A stretch of 63,858 nt of DNA, counting the filler, from Hausera hauseri (lineage: Eukaryota), in the NCBI GenBank assembly GCA_046269625.1. It is 12 parts of 12 records of this genome, joined end to end, with 100 filler letters (N's around TTAATTAATTAA, not from the genome) between each part and the next. Parts side by side here need not be neighbours in the genome. Positions count along the whole stretch, not along the records: positions 33,118 to 38,818 come from JBJURY010203969.1; positions 38,919 to 42,872 come from JBJURY010861632.1; positions 42,973 to 47,205 come from JBJURY010685105.1; positions 47,306 to 55,043 come from JBJURY010905645.1; 8 more parts are not named here. One strand, 5' to 3'. The notes beneath the pieces are model-generated. The model saw only the letters and a program-made list of their open reading frames with translations, made no database searches and was not told where the DNA came from. A program made the translations under genes and the position numbers. Shown here one piece after another: positions 37,592 to 49,974 of the stretch (position 1 is the stretch's first letter; every line of letters starts with the position of its first letter).

Positions 37592-38654
37592 TTAGTTTTT
37601 TGACGGCTTGTGAAATTTCCAGCCGGGTCGACAGACTTTTGCATCTGGACCGAAATGATTATAATAAATGCAAGTGTCTTGCATTTTTAAGTTTGCCGAT
37701 GGCTTGTCGAATTGACAACCATGGTAGCATTTATAGGCCGATTCGCCAAATCGTGTGTGGAAGTGGCAAATTTTGGAAAATTTGCCTTTCTACCTCTTGG
37801 GGGATTGGCGCCGAGATGACGGGTTGTCCCTGACTGGCAGATTCTTGTGCGTTACAAGTGCCTGCAGTGCGGCGATAATGGTGTCCAGCTGATTTTGATG
37901 GGTCGTTGTGACAGAATAGATACTTTCCGTCAGTGCGGATTCCACAGTGCCTTTAGTGCACTCGTATATTTAGTCGGCTTTTAATGCCATATCGCCCAAA
38001 GTGGTATCGGGCGGTAATAGCACCAATGCCGCTTGAATTTGATTGGGAAAACTACTTAAGAAGTAGCGCCGTAGTATGTGCTAGTTGATGTGTAGGTGCA
38101 ACTCAGCATTACTCAGGTCTGAGTGTAACTTGTGAAGCAGAGCAGACGGTTTCATATTGCTTGTCTGTGCTTGGTGAAGACCAAGTTGAATTGGTCCTGT
38201 TGGGATGGCAGATATGCTTTGAATATGGCTGTTTAATTTTGTCGAACGGTTTTTTATCTGACAGTAGCGTGTCCAGATCCGTTATGGCTGCAAGAGTTGT
38301 TGGCTGCAGGTATTGAATGAGTGTTAAGACCTTGTTTAGTTGGCCGGTGATTCTGCATTGAGTAGCCCATGTTTCAGACACATGGAACCACTTCAATGAC
38401 GTTCCGTTCAAACCTATGAAGAAGATTGGACATTCTAATTTGGGTGGTTTGGCCTGTGTTGCTGAAGCAGTTTTTGCTTTTGTGTCAGGCGTAAGGTTGT
38501 CAACGCCTCCTTTTACTTTCGAAGTCGCCAGTATGGTATTATTGTCAACCAAAATTGTATTAATTACGCAATTATTCTTGCGTAATAATTTTTCATTATA
38601 GGAAAATGTATGCTCGGGATATTGTTGGTTTAAAACTTCTAGCATTCCCGACAT
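37592..38654 (-). pseudogene. gag: Gypsy gag, disrupted
   Basis: Capsid-like ORF 38109-38654. CHCC-type remnant CIYYNHFGPDAKVC. Slippery AAAAAAC at 37595-37601. Confidence 0.7.
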
Positions 38655-38958
38655 AGTTAGGGTCGATGGGAAGCGATGAGCTTTCGTTTAACGCCAGTTT
38701 TGTACAATGAGTTGTACTTCGTTTGGGGTACAATCGGTCGATGTTGTGTGATCACGTTTGATGACGTTAGTGAGTGTAGCCGGATTGGTTTCGACGGCAT
38801 TTGTATGAGTTTTAGCCGNNNNNNNNNNNNNNNNNNNNNNNNNNNNNNNNNNNNNNNNNNNNTTAATTAATTAANNNNNNNNNNNNNNNNNNNNNNNNNN
38901 NNNNNNNNNNNNNNNNNNAATAATTAATTAAAAAGGACTAATTTTTAAAAAAAATGGG

Positions 38959-39094
38959 AGTAATTGTATAAGGAGGGTTATGGGTCGGTTTTTCAATTTT
39001 TTTAAAAAGTTTTCATGAATGATCGGTGGCGAACGGATGAAAATTTTTTTAAAAAATTGAGGGGCCGGTCCATAACTCTCCTTATACAACTACT
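38959..39094 (+). ncRNA. Long RNA stem-loop (58-bp stem, 20-nt loop)
   Basis: Arms 38959-39016 and 39037-39094 pair without gaps: 48 Watson-Crick pairs, 8 G-U pairs and 2 mismatches on the + strand. Confidence 0.65.
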
Positions 39095-39109
39095 GAAAGT
39101 GGAATAAAC

Positions 39110-40700
39110 ATGTATTAAAACAAAACAAAGAGCGACGAGGTTGGATGAACTAACGAAGGAGCTCGAAGTCTATATAAACAAATATGCTTTTACTGAGTCA
39201 GAGATCAAGAATAAACGAGAATTCGTACAAAGATGGCAAAGAAATGTAATTATAGAATTAACAGATTACCACCAAAAAGGATTCATCGATTCTAATGAAT
39301 TAGGCAAGCTATTGAAATTGATTCAGTAAGTCTGTGGAAACGGCATAGGTTTCCGAACTACGCAGATAAAAGAAATACAACCAAGATTGAAAGAAATTAG
39401 AGAAAACGTACAGAGAACAAAGACAGTTTTGATAGACCATGGACCTCCTGAAGCCGGAAATGAACCTGAATGGGATGCATATTTCGACGCAATACTTGTC
39501 GAAAAACCCATGACTCCAGTACAATTAAACAAGATAGAAACATATTTGCAGGACAGGTGACTCAATGTGGACATGTTTCTAAATTCAGCGCTAACTGAAA
39601 AAGACTTAATTGAACTAATTAACGTACATATTACAGAAAGTAAGTTAAGACAACTTATTCCTACCTTAACTAAATTATCTAACAAAAACACGATCTATAG
39701 AACGGTGCCGAAACTTTTAATAAGGAAGTATGCTAAAATCTTGAGGGCTAAACCTAAAATGGCGATAAAAGTAATGGTATCATCCGAATGGGTGGACGAA
39801 AAAAAATGCGAATTAACTACATATTCCTATGTGAGAAATGTAAGAGAATGACTGATAAACAACGGCGGAACAAACGCGTAAAACTACAGATTTTACTTTA
39901 GAGGTAGAATACTCGACGAACTAGAACAATTAATAGATGTTGGGATCCTTCCCGACGAAATAAACCGGATAGTGGCAGTAATGGCTAATGAACAGACAAA
40001 GCAAGAAGCTACACGTAAGGCCAAAACGAAGCAATGCGTAGGAAAAATTATGGGAGTCCGAAACGCTGCAATGTATTTTGAGTACTTACAAACGGATGAG
40101 GATAAGGAACTATACGACATAAACTTAGTGCCACTGAGTGAAGTAACCACTAAGGGTCCAAGACCGAAACGGCCAGTAGGTAGGCCCAAGAAATCGCGAG
40201 AAGAAGTGGACTATAATGGAGAATTGATTGCAGAATTGAGACAGATGTCGATTCCGACTCTTAGTGCAGACAACGAAGAATTAAACAAGTTAATGAAGAA
40301 TCTAATACGGATTGTAAATTGTTCCAGTCTTCTAGGTGATGTATTAGATGGTAAAGGAAAGATAATATTCGATGCAGCCAAAATGATGCGATGTTCACGT
40401 TTCAAACTATCAAAAAGTAACCTAACCGATGAATCGGTAATCGAAAAGACTATGATATGGAACACCAGCAAGGAATTGAGAAAATTATTATTATATATAG
40501 CTATCAAAATAAATCCTAATCGAGAGAGTGAAATCAATAGAGCTGTAAGCTTAGCACGTATGGCAGCAAGACGATTGCCCTACGAAGTAAACTGGTCAAG
40601 ATTATTTGACATCGAAGAAGACAGATGAAACGGTAATAAGCTCGACGATATGTTACGTAATTTAACAACAGCGAACGTTAGATGCCGGAAGAATGAATCA
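39110..40700 (+). pseudogene. Unknown ~500-aa helical protein with AT-hook-like motif, in frame with the downstream glycoprotein
   Basis: ORFs 39141, 39567 and 39972 share one frame and are separated only by point stops. Motif KRPVGRPKK. Confidence 0.6.
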
Positions 40701-40706
40701 AATTGA

Positions 40707-42805
40707 CTGATTAGCCTACTCACTTTGATGATGCTAATTAAGCATATAAGCGCTGTAACTGTCTACGACTGCGGTAAGTTCAAACTAGGACAGAGATATT
40801 CCTTAATGAATCTTGAAATATGCGAAGATGCCAGACCATACAAATTGGCGACAAAAGAGAAAAATTACTTTCTATATCAGCAGCAGGAATTGATATCGCT
40901 AGATGGAATAGAATGTATGCTGAGACGATGGCGTAATATTTTTCTCTGTGTTTTGGTTCATGGACATTCATCTATAATCAAACCAACGACTCCACTAATT
41001 CCAATGGACTTAGAACGCCAAAACGCCAAGCAAGCCAAGGAAACTGGGAAAATACAATGTGACAGTATGCAATTAGAGATGCAGCCAGGAAAAATAATTA
41101 GGGCATATAAAATAGTGGCCGGAAGATTGGATATGCATAGTGGACATTGTAATGGAGCAGAATACGACACCGGGAAGGGATTGGAGGCAAACGTAGTGGT
41201 TGTGGATTTCTACAAATCAGAAATGCGATCACAGGTGGTAATGTTCCATAGTGTCACCAAACTATATACAGAAAATCAAAAATGTCATTTACAAGACGGG
41301 ATCTGTACTTTTAGAAGTTCGGTTATAATATGGGAACCTCCCTCTGGAAGAAATTGTAATATTATTAAAATTAAAGAACTAAAGTTCAATGAGACTACAG
41401 GAAAGCGATATGTGGACAAATCAGAAACTAATTCGAGGACACGTGAGGATGTATCAGAACACTCTACACCTACTATATTAATTTCGGATCAGCATGAATT
41501 GAAATTTATTAAAAAAGAGATGATTTCTCGCTGTGATGTAGTGATGTTTGCTACGAACTATGAGGCGCTTTTCGTCGCAGAAACGGAGATAAGTGCGAAA
41601 ACTTATAAGCTAGAAATGCAGGATGTCCGCATCGAAGATTACCTGACGAATAGCGACAATTACTTTTAATACAAAGGACAAGTCGGAATAACGGAATTAT
41701 ATCATAAAATGATAATGAATGACTGCAAATTGGATACGGAAATCATGAGAACTAAAATGGCTCTGATATATGCAAACCCAGAATTAACTTTACCAATAAT
41801 TCCAATGAGAGAAGGAATTTTTGGTCGGGGAACAGGCGAAGTATTGCTAACTTATGAATGTGAAAAGAGAGATGTACCCATTAACGTGGAAGAAAAACGT
41901 TGCATTCAAGAACTTCCTGTTATTTACCAAAGTATTCCGAGATTAGCTACACAGCTGACGAGAGTGTTATTGGATAACGCTACCCAACCGACCTTCCTTA
42001 AAAATTGTAAAGCAAGCTTAGGAGAACCTATGTTTAGACGCAGTGACACAGATTGTGTTAGCTTGCCAAATGGAGGTATTATTGCCGCACCAAACAAATT
42101 AAGAGGAACAAACCTCGCAAAAGGAATTACAGACAATAAATTTCAAGACACTTCATCGAAATCATATATAGACCGAAGGAAACTGAGGCCTTTAGACAAT
42201 TCCTTGCCTTTCCACAACAACGAAAACATAAGTTAAACCGAGCTATGGCCTTGGTAGTAGACGACACCCGATATCAAGCTAAATCGGAATCTTTACTCGG
42301 TGTAAACCATTATCAGCGAGTAACAACCGAAATAATTTGCAAAATGTGGGAAAGATTTCTGATATTCGAAAAAGCTGCATCCGGATTCTAAGCGATATAT
42401 TTTTTGATACAGATGATTAAAGCAGTCATCCAAGCAGTAATAAATGGCTATGAAATATTTACGTTGACTGGATTTTCATGTAAAATATTAACGGCGATTA
42501 TAACGCCCTTTTGAAAGTTTTTAAAAGCATATGAAGAGAATAAATGGAAATCTGACGTAGAACGCCATGTTGGATATTACCACCGTAAAAGAAAAGGAAG
42601 GCCTACATTTCTGTACAAGCGGAAATTTATAAAGCATAACGCGGGAAGAAATAATTCAGATGATGAAGATCCTAAGGGAGGCGAAGCATTTTCAGGAATA
42701 AACCGACATAAGGCATACTCTGTCATTAAAACGCCGTTGCCTATGATACCTCCTACCGCCCCATTTTACAAAGATTGTGACAAACGATCCATGAATTCGT
42801 ATTAG
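40707..42805 (+). pseudogene. env: Class III fusion glycoprotein (chuvirus G/gB-like env), degenerate
   Basis: Signal LISLLTLMMLIKHISA then VYDC...YSL...EIC. GHCNG..Y. C....G.C......W. GEVLLTYEC...CIQELPV.Y...TRVL. Membrane-proximal W.RF..F...SGF.AIYFLIQMIKAVI..VING near 42350-42510. Confidence 0.8.
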
Positions 42806-43855
42806 ACAGAAATCTATAAAAGGACAATTAATGTAGAAGACCTTTACAAAGGAACGAAACGTTAGGGGATCTNNNNNNNNNNNNNNNNNNNNNNNNNNNN
42901 NNNNNNNNNNNNNNNNTTAATTAATTAANNNNNNNNNNNNNNNNNNNNNNNNNNNNNNNNNNNNNNNNNNNNAAGCGAGCCCCGTACCGGACCTATTCGG
43001 ACTTCCTGACAGTACGGAAGCTGTTGCAACAAAGCCTTTTCTTGCGCACCTTGTCAGGTTGGGACGAGATGACCCCTACTCCTTACTTGCGGGAACGCTC
43101 CATCGGTTCTACGACGACGGAGAAAATTGACGACTCTGACTCGTTGGTTTTCCTGCCAGTTTTCTTAAGATTGATGGTGGCAGCCGACCGCCTTTACAAA
43201 TCACTGGCTCTCTCGGAGAGCCACTTGATTCCGGTACCCCGAATTACTGAACAGCGGCATGCAAGGACGTCGAGCTCCGACGATATGCCTAACCTGTGTC
43301 GCAGACGTCGTTTAGATCCGTCACGACGAAAACCTGCACCGTTGGATTCAAGTTCGAACGACGCTTCGACTTGTACACGCCGAAGTCTCCGAACTGATCC
43401 GGCACTCTCATCGAAGGACGAATCATACGCCTCGACGGATGCCGTTGACGATGTGAATAAAAGTGTTTATATTATTTGTTTGTTCTTTTTATGTTTCGTA
43501 TGTCAGTCATTTTATTCGACTGCTTTTATAAGTTGACTCCAGGTTTTATGTTTCGGAGGTCGATTCGTAGGGAAGAAACCCCTGAACCATAAAACGACAC
43601 TTTCCCGATTGAAATATGATGCATGTAAAATCTAGTGGACACTTGAGAACATACTATCTCGGCTTCCATTATTTAAAAGGTAGTGTGTTAATGTCACACT
43701 CGGTAACATGTCCTCGATAGTTGATATTAGCTAACATTATGGAAACAGTGTTTATACTATAGCTATATATATGTGTGTATGTATATATATATGTGTGTAA
43801 CACGATTATAAACAAATTATGTGAGGAAAGGTTGTATTATTTTTACTATTATTAG

Positions 43856-44514
43856 ATGAAGCTGCAGAATGATGCCATTTTCCAGATTGTAGGTCCCAGT
43901 GGAAGTTGCAAAACGCACTTTGTTTGTAAACTATTGCAGAACTACCGTGACATGTTCCATTTACCGCGGTACAATTACACATACTGGCATCAGGGTGTTG
44001 GTGATGATGATGAGTCCGGTTTGACATTTCGGGAATTCTGTAAACTGAAATCGATAGCGATAATTGATGGGTTTGATGCGAACTGGTATGATCGATTACG
44101 AAACGATGATGTTATTGTCATTGACGATTTATTTTAAGAGGCAACGAAACAAACCGACTTCAACAACCTGTTCACAAAGATTGCACGGCACCGCGGTATG
44201 ACGGTTATTTTTATTACGCAAAACATGTTTCATCAGAGCGGACAGCATCGACCAAAAAATATAAACGTACACTATTTGGTGTTCTTCAAAATCCCCGTGA
44301 TCAGACTATCATTGATTATGTTGCACGACAAGAATTTCCTCACAACCGGGCCTACTTGATAGATGCATATCATGATGCTACGACAGAGCCACACGGATAC
44401 TTGTTCATCGACTTTATACAACAGTGGCCCGATGACATGCGTGTACGAACAAACATTTTCAATCAAAAAGGTGTATGTGTCTATAAACAAATTCAAAAAT
44501 CGACGACACGATAG
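43856..44514 (+). pseudogene. A32/FtsK-like packaging ATPase
   Basis: IVGPSGSCKT (Walker A), IVIDDL, RH.GMTVIFITQN, HGYLFIDF. Confidence 0.9.
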
Positions 44515-44730
44515 TGATAATACGAAGAATTTCCGAAAAACCATTGTTAAACGTAAACCTACCAAGCGGGTGCCCGGCAAGAAACGTGTATCAAAGCGAA
44601 CCACCGCTACAGTCAAGCGATTAAACAATTCTGTGCTTCGAACAACAGCAGCAGCAGCTAGACGCAAATTATCGTCACAGTGGCAACGGTTATAAACAAC
44701 TACGTCTCATCAACATCAATACGTCAAAAA

Positions 44731-45054
44731 ATGCGATTCAAACGTAGTCAACCGTACTTTATTGCTTTGCTCAAGGCACCTACGAGACATAAGCGAAACA
44801 TGCTGCGATCATTCTCACAGTTTGTAGTGGACAATTTGATGGAAATTTTATAAAATATTGTTGTGGGTCACGTTGACATTGGTAGTAGAAAGCGCAGTAT
44901 ACTAAAGTATCGAAAACGACTCATCGGCCTTGCCAACGCCAGTACTAAATGACTGAAACGAGAGGTTATGTACCAGCAAGATGGCGGATTCCTTGGTTCA
45001 ATTCTACCGGTTGTCACGTCATAACTGGGTTGATTCATTGCTGGAACAGTTTAG
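44731..45054 (+). pseudogene. Conserved small Polinton protein with QxGGFL motif
   Basis: MRFKRSQPYFIALLKA...EIL.NIV.G...QQDGGFLGSILPVV. Partial copy at 19139-19320. Confidence 0.6.
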
Positions 45055-45165
45055 TATAAACAATGAAGGTAAGTATATAATGATTCGGCAATATGGGTGC
45101 ATGTTTTTCATCTTTCTGTCCCAGTTTACCGAACCTTTCGTTTACGTTTCGTTCTGATTGTTGTA

Positions 45166-46257
45166 ATGCAAGCAGAAAAACCGACACCATCGACGGAAAC
45201 AACGATAAACGATGTGTAGTTCAACCCACGTGATCCTGTCGGCTATACTGGCGTCGACAAACTGCCAAAGATTGTCAAACAGACTCGGCAACACACCAAA
45301 CGTTGGCTTAGGAAACAGTTAGCATACAGCCTAAACAAACCGATAAGAAGGTGGTTTTCAACTCGTGCATACCGTGCTGCCGGTGTAACTAATGTATGGC
45401 AAATGGATCTGATGGAAATGATTCCGTACGCCAGCATTAATGATGGGTATCGATACGTGCTGATATGTGTTAATGTGTTTAGTCGTTTTGCACGTGCAAT
45501 TGCCGTAAAATCTAAATCCTGTAAAGAGATTGCCGACGCTGTTCAAACACTGATACATCAACAATAACAACAACAACCGAAGCATTTACAAACGGATTTG
45601 GGTAAGGAATTCTACAACCCCCACGTTGCAGCGGTCTTGAAACGGTTCGGCGTAAACCAATACTCAGTGTTTTCCCAATACAAGGCTGCACTCACTGAAC
45701 GATTTAATCAAACATTCCGCGGTCGCTTAAACAAATTCTTTACGAAGCAAGGCAACAAGCGCTGGATAGATGTACTGCTGGATATTATTCATGCATACAA
45801 TCATTCGACACGCCGTAATATTAATGGATTACGGCCGGTTGACGTAATCGATGATTTGGACATGTGGCTTTATCAAAACAACCGAACAACACAACGAGGA
45901 CGACAGGCAATTAAACGTCGCCCAAAATATAAAGTCGGTGATTATGTACGTATTTCAAAGCTTAATACGACGCCATTCATAAAGAATTTTAGTCAGAACT
46001 GGAGCGATGAGGCTTTCCGAATTTCAGCAATCAACACAAAGCAAAGTCCGGTTATGTACGTTTTAGAAGATGAGAATGGTGACGAAATACATGGCAAATT
46101 TTACGAACAGGAACTGCAAGTACTATTGGAAAAACCTAACGTGTATCCTATTCAGAAAATTCTACGTTCACGTGGCAAAGGTTAAAATAAACAATATCTC
46201 GTCAAGTGGCACGGATACACTACACCGAGTTGGATATTTACATCGCAGATTGAGTGA
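45166..46257 (+). pseudogene. Retroviral-type (rve) integrase with chromodomain-like tail
   Basis: DDE motifs WQMDL, LQTDLGKEF and TERFNQT, plus QYLVKWHGY. Three premature stops. Confidence 0.92.
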
Positions 46258-47205
46258 TGATTATTTATTTGGTACTTGATAGTAACAGATCATTATCACA
46301 ACATGACGACGACGACGCCGACGACGATACCGCTAAACAGTTTACCGTGCACTTAAACCAACCGGTCGATTTACGCTACGGAGCCTGGGAAGTGGCTTTA
46401 ACGGAATTCATGTTTACATTTTCACTAATGACAATAAGTCAGAACAGCGGTATTTACTTTACTCGACAAGAAACTTACCCTATTTTAAGTCGTTTGCGGA
46501 CGATCCGACACAATAACCGATATTTTCTTCGCAATTATTCTCGAGAAAATTTTTCGGTTTATGCTTATTTTTCAAACTACCGTATGAAACTAAAGCATCG
46601 AAATCCCATGGAAATGCAGTTTAAATCTATAGCTGATGCTCAGGCATGGGGTTTTCAAGCAGTCAATGTAAACTCAAAACGTCTACGGCGAGGTGGACAT
46701 GTTATAATTGGTAAAAAATTGGACTTTTCATTTGATGCAGAATCTGATATTATAGTAAAGTGGACTAAGTCAGAAGCAGTCTTACTCTATTATACTATAC
46801 CACATAATTTAATAATGGAAACGGAACTGGAATTGTGTGAATACATCAAGAAATCGGCTGCATTAGCCGTAAAGACACGTGAAATAAACGCATATAATCG
46901 TATTTCGATTACACTACATGACAGTGTTACATTTTTTGCCTTTGATGAATTATTGGTTCGAAATCTGGGTTTTCCCCAACGTGAATACAATCAAAGCATT
47001 GTTGGACAATCTATTGTTGCCAAATACAAACCACAACTTTATGGAGCATTTCACTAAATCAACATTGTAACGGACTTAACCGAATCCGTACTCCTTGGTG
47101 GAGAACGTAAACAACTGCTGGCTTCTAACGAACTGGATTCTGACACGTACAAAACATCATCATCGGGTGAAACTGTTCGCGTTATTATGTTCAGACCTAT
47201 GTACT
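46254..47205 (+). pseudogene. Minor capsid/penton protein 1
   Basis: YLVLDSN.S...TAKQFTVHLNQPVDL..GAWEVALTEF and INIVTDLTESVLLGG..KQLL. Confidence 0.8.
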
Positions 47206-47541
47206 NNNNNNNNNNNNNNNNNNNNNNNNNNNNNNNNNNNNNNNNNNNNTTAATTAATTAANNNNNNNNNNNNNNNNNNNNNNNNNNNNNNNNNNNNNNN
47301 NNNNNACCGGTCTCAAAATGTCTAATGTACGCAATGATGATTTAAAGTGTCGACTAAACATTGAGTTGCAAGGACACAAGGAAAAAGCCGGTATCAAAAT
47401 CCCGATTTGGCATGTAGCTGAAGCACATTTTAATTATCAATAAATTTTGTTGTTGTTTTGTTTTACCGTTTTTCTTTCATCAACCCAATTAACGATTAAA
47501 TATATACGTGTAATTTTAATATTGGTATAAGAATAATGATA

Positions 47542-48003
47542 ATGAATGATGTAAATATTACCTTAACAGACGAAAGTGCCTTTGTACCGAGACGTGTTAC
47601 AGCAAACAGTGCAAGCTACAATGTGTTTTCAAATGTCAATACGACAATTTCGAACAGCACAATCACATGCATAACAACTGGGATTTGATTGGCGATTCCA
47701 CCCGGTTACTACGGCCAACTTTTATCGAAAATCGGACTGGAAAAGCTCGGACTGACGGTTGTGGGCGGCGTCATTGATTCGGATGTTCGTGGTGAAATTA
47801 AAGTGTTGGTGAAAAAGCAATCCGGCGAACCGTATGCTTTTACGAAAGGCAGTGCAATCGCATAAATCGTTTTTCTTCGCTTTGATGAGGCGGAATTCAG
47901 TGTAATGTCACCGGAACAGTGGGTACTGTTTTGTGTCAATGAAACGCTGAATGAACGCAAAGAACGCGGTTTCGGTGATTTAGACAAAACTACTTTTGTT
48001 TAA
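47542..48003 (+). pseudogene. dut: Trimeric dUTPase (missed by the ORF track; two stops)
   Basis: P.R.TANSASYNV...TTGI*LAIPPGYYGQL...VGGVIDSDVRGEIKV...IA*IV...RKERGFG, covering dUTPase motifs I-V. Confidence 0.9.
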
Positions 48004-48089
48004 TGATTTGTGATGATAATAGCAATAGTTGTTTTGTTTGTGTTATAGAAAGAAAATGATTCTGTACATGATAAGTAATAGCGGCAAGA

Positions 48090-48564
48090 TTTATAGATAT
48101 TGAAACTTTCAAAGATGATAATGCCTAGTACCTGATAAAGGAATTATGCATTATGGGCGTCGGTAACAATTTCAAACCGCTTGTGTACGTATTAAAACCC
48201 GGTGTTGTGTAGAATAACCTGACAGAAAAAGCGAAAATTACCAATGGATCTCATACGACGTCGTCATGGACTTTATTGGCACGAAGGCAATTCAACGTTT
48301 TGTGTATCATGTACCATGCGAGACATTTGTGATCGTTTTGACATTGAAAATACAATATTTTACATTAAAGATCTAATTGGCGGACAAAAGTTTACGCAAC
48401 TCCATTCACAGTTTCCCGAGTTGCGAATGACGACGTATTCAACATCGAACAGCTCGCTGGCGATGGTACCTAATAATACTGTATGTCCGTATCGTGATCA
48501 TGGACCGCATTGTGCTTACAAAAAATGTCAACGGCTTTGTATTGACTATATTTCATGCAAATAA
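48090..48564 (+). pseudogene. Polinton-associated DEDD-exonuclease-like protein
   Basis: IDIETF...IKEL.I...YVLKP....L....K.TN...RHGLYWHEG...CPYRDH..HCA. Frameshifted. Confidence 0.5.
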
Positions 48565-48701
48565 ATGTATTTCTGTTTCTTTTTTCTTTCCGTAAATATG
48601 GTCCGTCGTATTGGTCAGTTGAATAATTCAAAAACTATAAATACGAGTAGGTTATAGTAGTAATAATAATCATCACGGAAATAGTTAATCAACTGAAGCA
48701 A

Positions 48702-49142
48702 TTGCAAAATATTGACGGATTGTCAATTTCAGACTCGGTGCAATGGTGGCAAGTACTTGATAGTGAGCTGGTTGCAAGAGCAGCAGGTGAATTTGGATTT
48801 AAAGATTTAGAGTCAATAGCATTGATGACAGCAACAGATTGCAGCTCTATAGAAAATCTAATTATGTTAAATCAAATGTACATTCACCGATTGTACGATA
48901 CAAATTATTTTAATACTGTTGAAAAGGTACGCGGTGAATTAGCGAATTTGAAAGAGAAAATAATGGACAAAGTACGAAACTTACAGTTTATGTATGTACT
49001 ATGTAAACAAAGAAAAGTGGATACGGTATTCTTAATGTGCGGCCATCTTGTAGTTTGTCAAATGTGTTCCACCAAAGTAATACACCAATGTCCAGAATGT
49101 AAATGTGCTATAATAAAAATTGTAGACATTTATTACGAATGA
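48702..49142 (+). CDS. IAP/Mdm2-type C-terminal RING protein
   Basis: VLC.....TVF.MCGHLVVC.MC......CPEC...I......Y. The first Cys is replaced by Tyr. No BIR domain was seen. Confidence 0.7.
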   Translation: MQNIDGLSISDSVQWWQVLDSELVARAAGEFGFKDLESIALMTATDCSSIENLIMLNQMYIHRLYDTNYFNTVEKVRGELANLKEKIMDKVRNLQFMYVLCKQRKVDTVFLMCGHLVVCQMCSTKVIHQCPECKCAIIKIVDIYYE

Positions 49143-49274
49143 CTTCAATAACGGAACATGGGCTTAAATGACGTGGAGGTAATTTGTATCATTGCGATGA
49201 GATAATACTCAAAGTAAATGTCTATTGTTTGCAATGAAAACACACCAGTATGAACAAATTTGATATAAATATGG

Positions 49275-49773
49275 ATGCAATTTCATTTCACGTTTCTCTT
49301 ATTTAAAAAAAGGCTTTGGAAAACAATTCAGCAGGTGACATTGTCTCAAAAAAGCCAAGGTACAGCGAATATTCTCAGAAATTCCCGGTTGTATAATGGA
49401 TACAACTTACATTATCTGCGCAACGCTATTCAATTGCCACTGATGCAAACTGTCAAAATCAAACTGGTTAAATATGGTCTATTGGTGAAAAAGATCAGCG
49501 ACGATGATTTGGATACGATGGAAGACACAATTAGAAAAGTTGACAGTGATTTGGCGTTGAGTAACAATATCCGAGATATATCGTCGATTTTTCTCAAAGG
49601 AAATATGGTGAAAATTGTCAGTTCACATGGTGGAGAAATCGCAGCAGCAACAATAAAAACAGTTTTGCCACGGAAGGATCTAAAAGTCTTCTAACACTGA
49701 AGTTGGAAGGATACAAGGGTTTGCACAACGTTAAATTACCAATATTGAAGCTGGGAAAGATTACGTTGATTTG
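49275..49773 (+). pseudogene. Unknown Polinton accessory protein
   Basis: 139-aa ORF with a probable frameshifted tail and a downstream AATAAA, converging on polB. Confidence 0.35.
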
Positions 49774-49974
49774 ACTTACTTTGTTTTTGATTTTAGCTTA
49801 TGATGATGAATAAATTTTATTGGTTTTGTTTGTTTGTTTTTTATATTGTTTCTCGTCACATTAAGTTAAACATAAAAGTACATTAAGTGATAATAAAATA
49901 ATAAAACAAAAGGCAAAACAGTGCACAATATACATTACTTATAAAACACAGCTAACAACAAAATGCCATAGTCA

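Larger units (their letters stand above)
34246..38654 (-). mobile_element. Degenerate Ty3/Gypsy element (CsRn1-like), gag-pol with integrase
   Basis: Gag 38654-37592 ending A AAA AAC TAA. LIDIGA protease. WASPLHMVPKKDGSYRPCGDYR RT. RNase H. Integrase RFETIHMDIVGPLP..TDQGTQFES..NGLIERFH. Confidence 0.92.
43856..47205 (+). mobile_element. Polinton/Maverick structural module, copy B
   Basis: ATPase, two small ORFs, integrase and penton 1. Clearly alignable at the DNA level to 18319-20660. Confidence 0.92.

Noticed and set aside
42973-43536. GC-richer segment with a 170-aa ORF
   Set aside because: No recognisable motif in any frame and a non-ATG start; cannot be supported as a gene.
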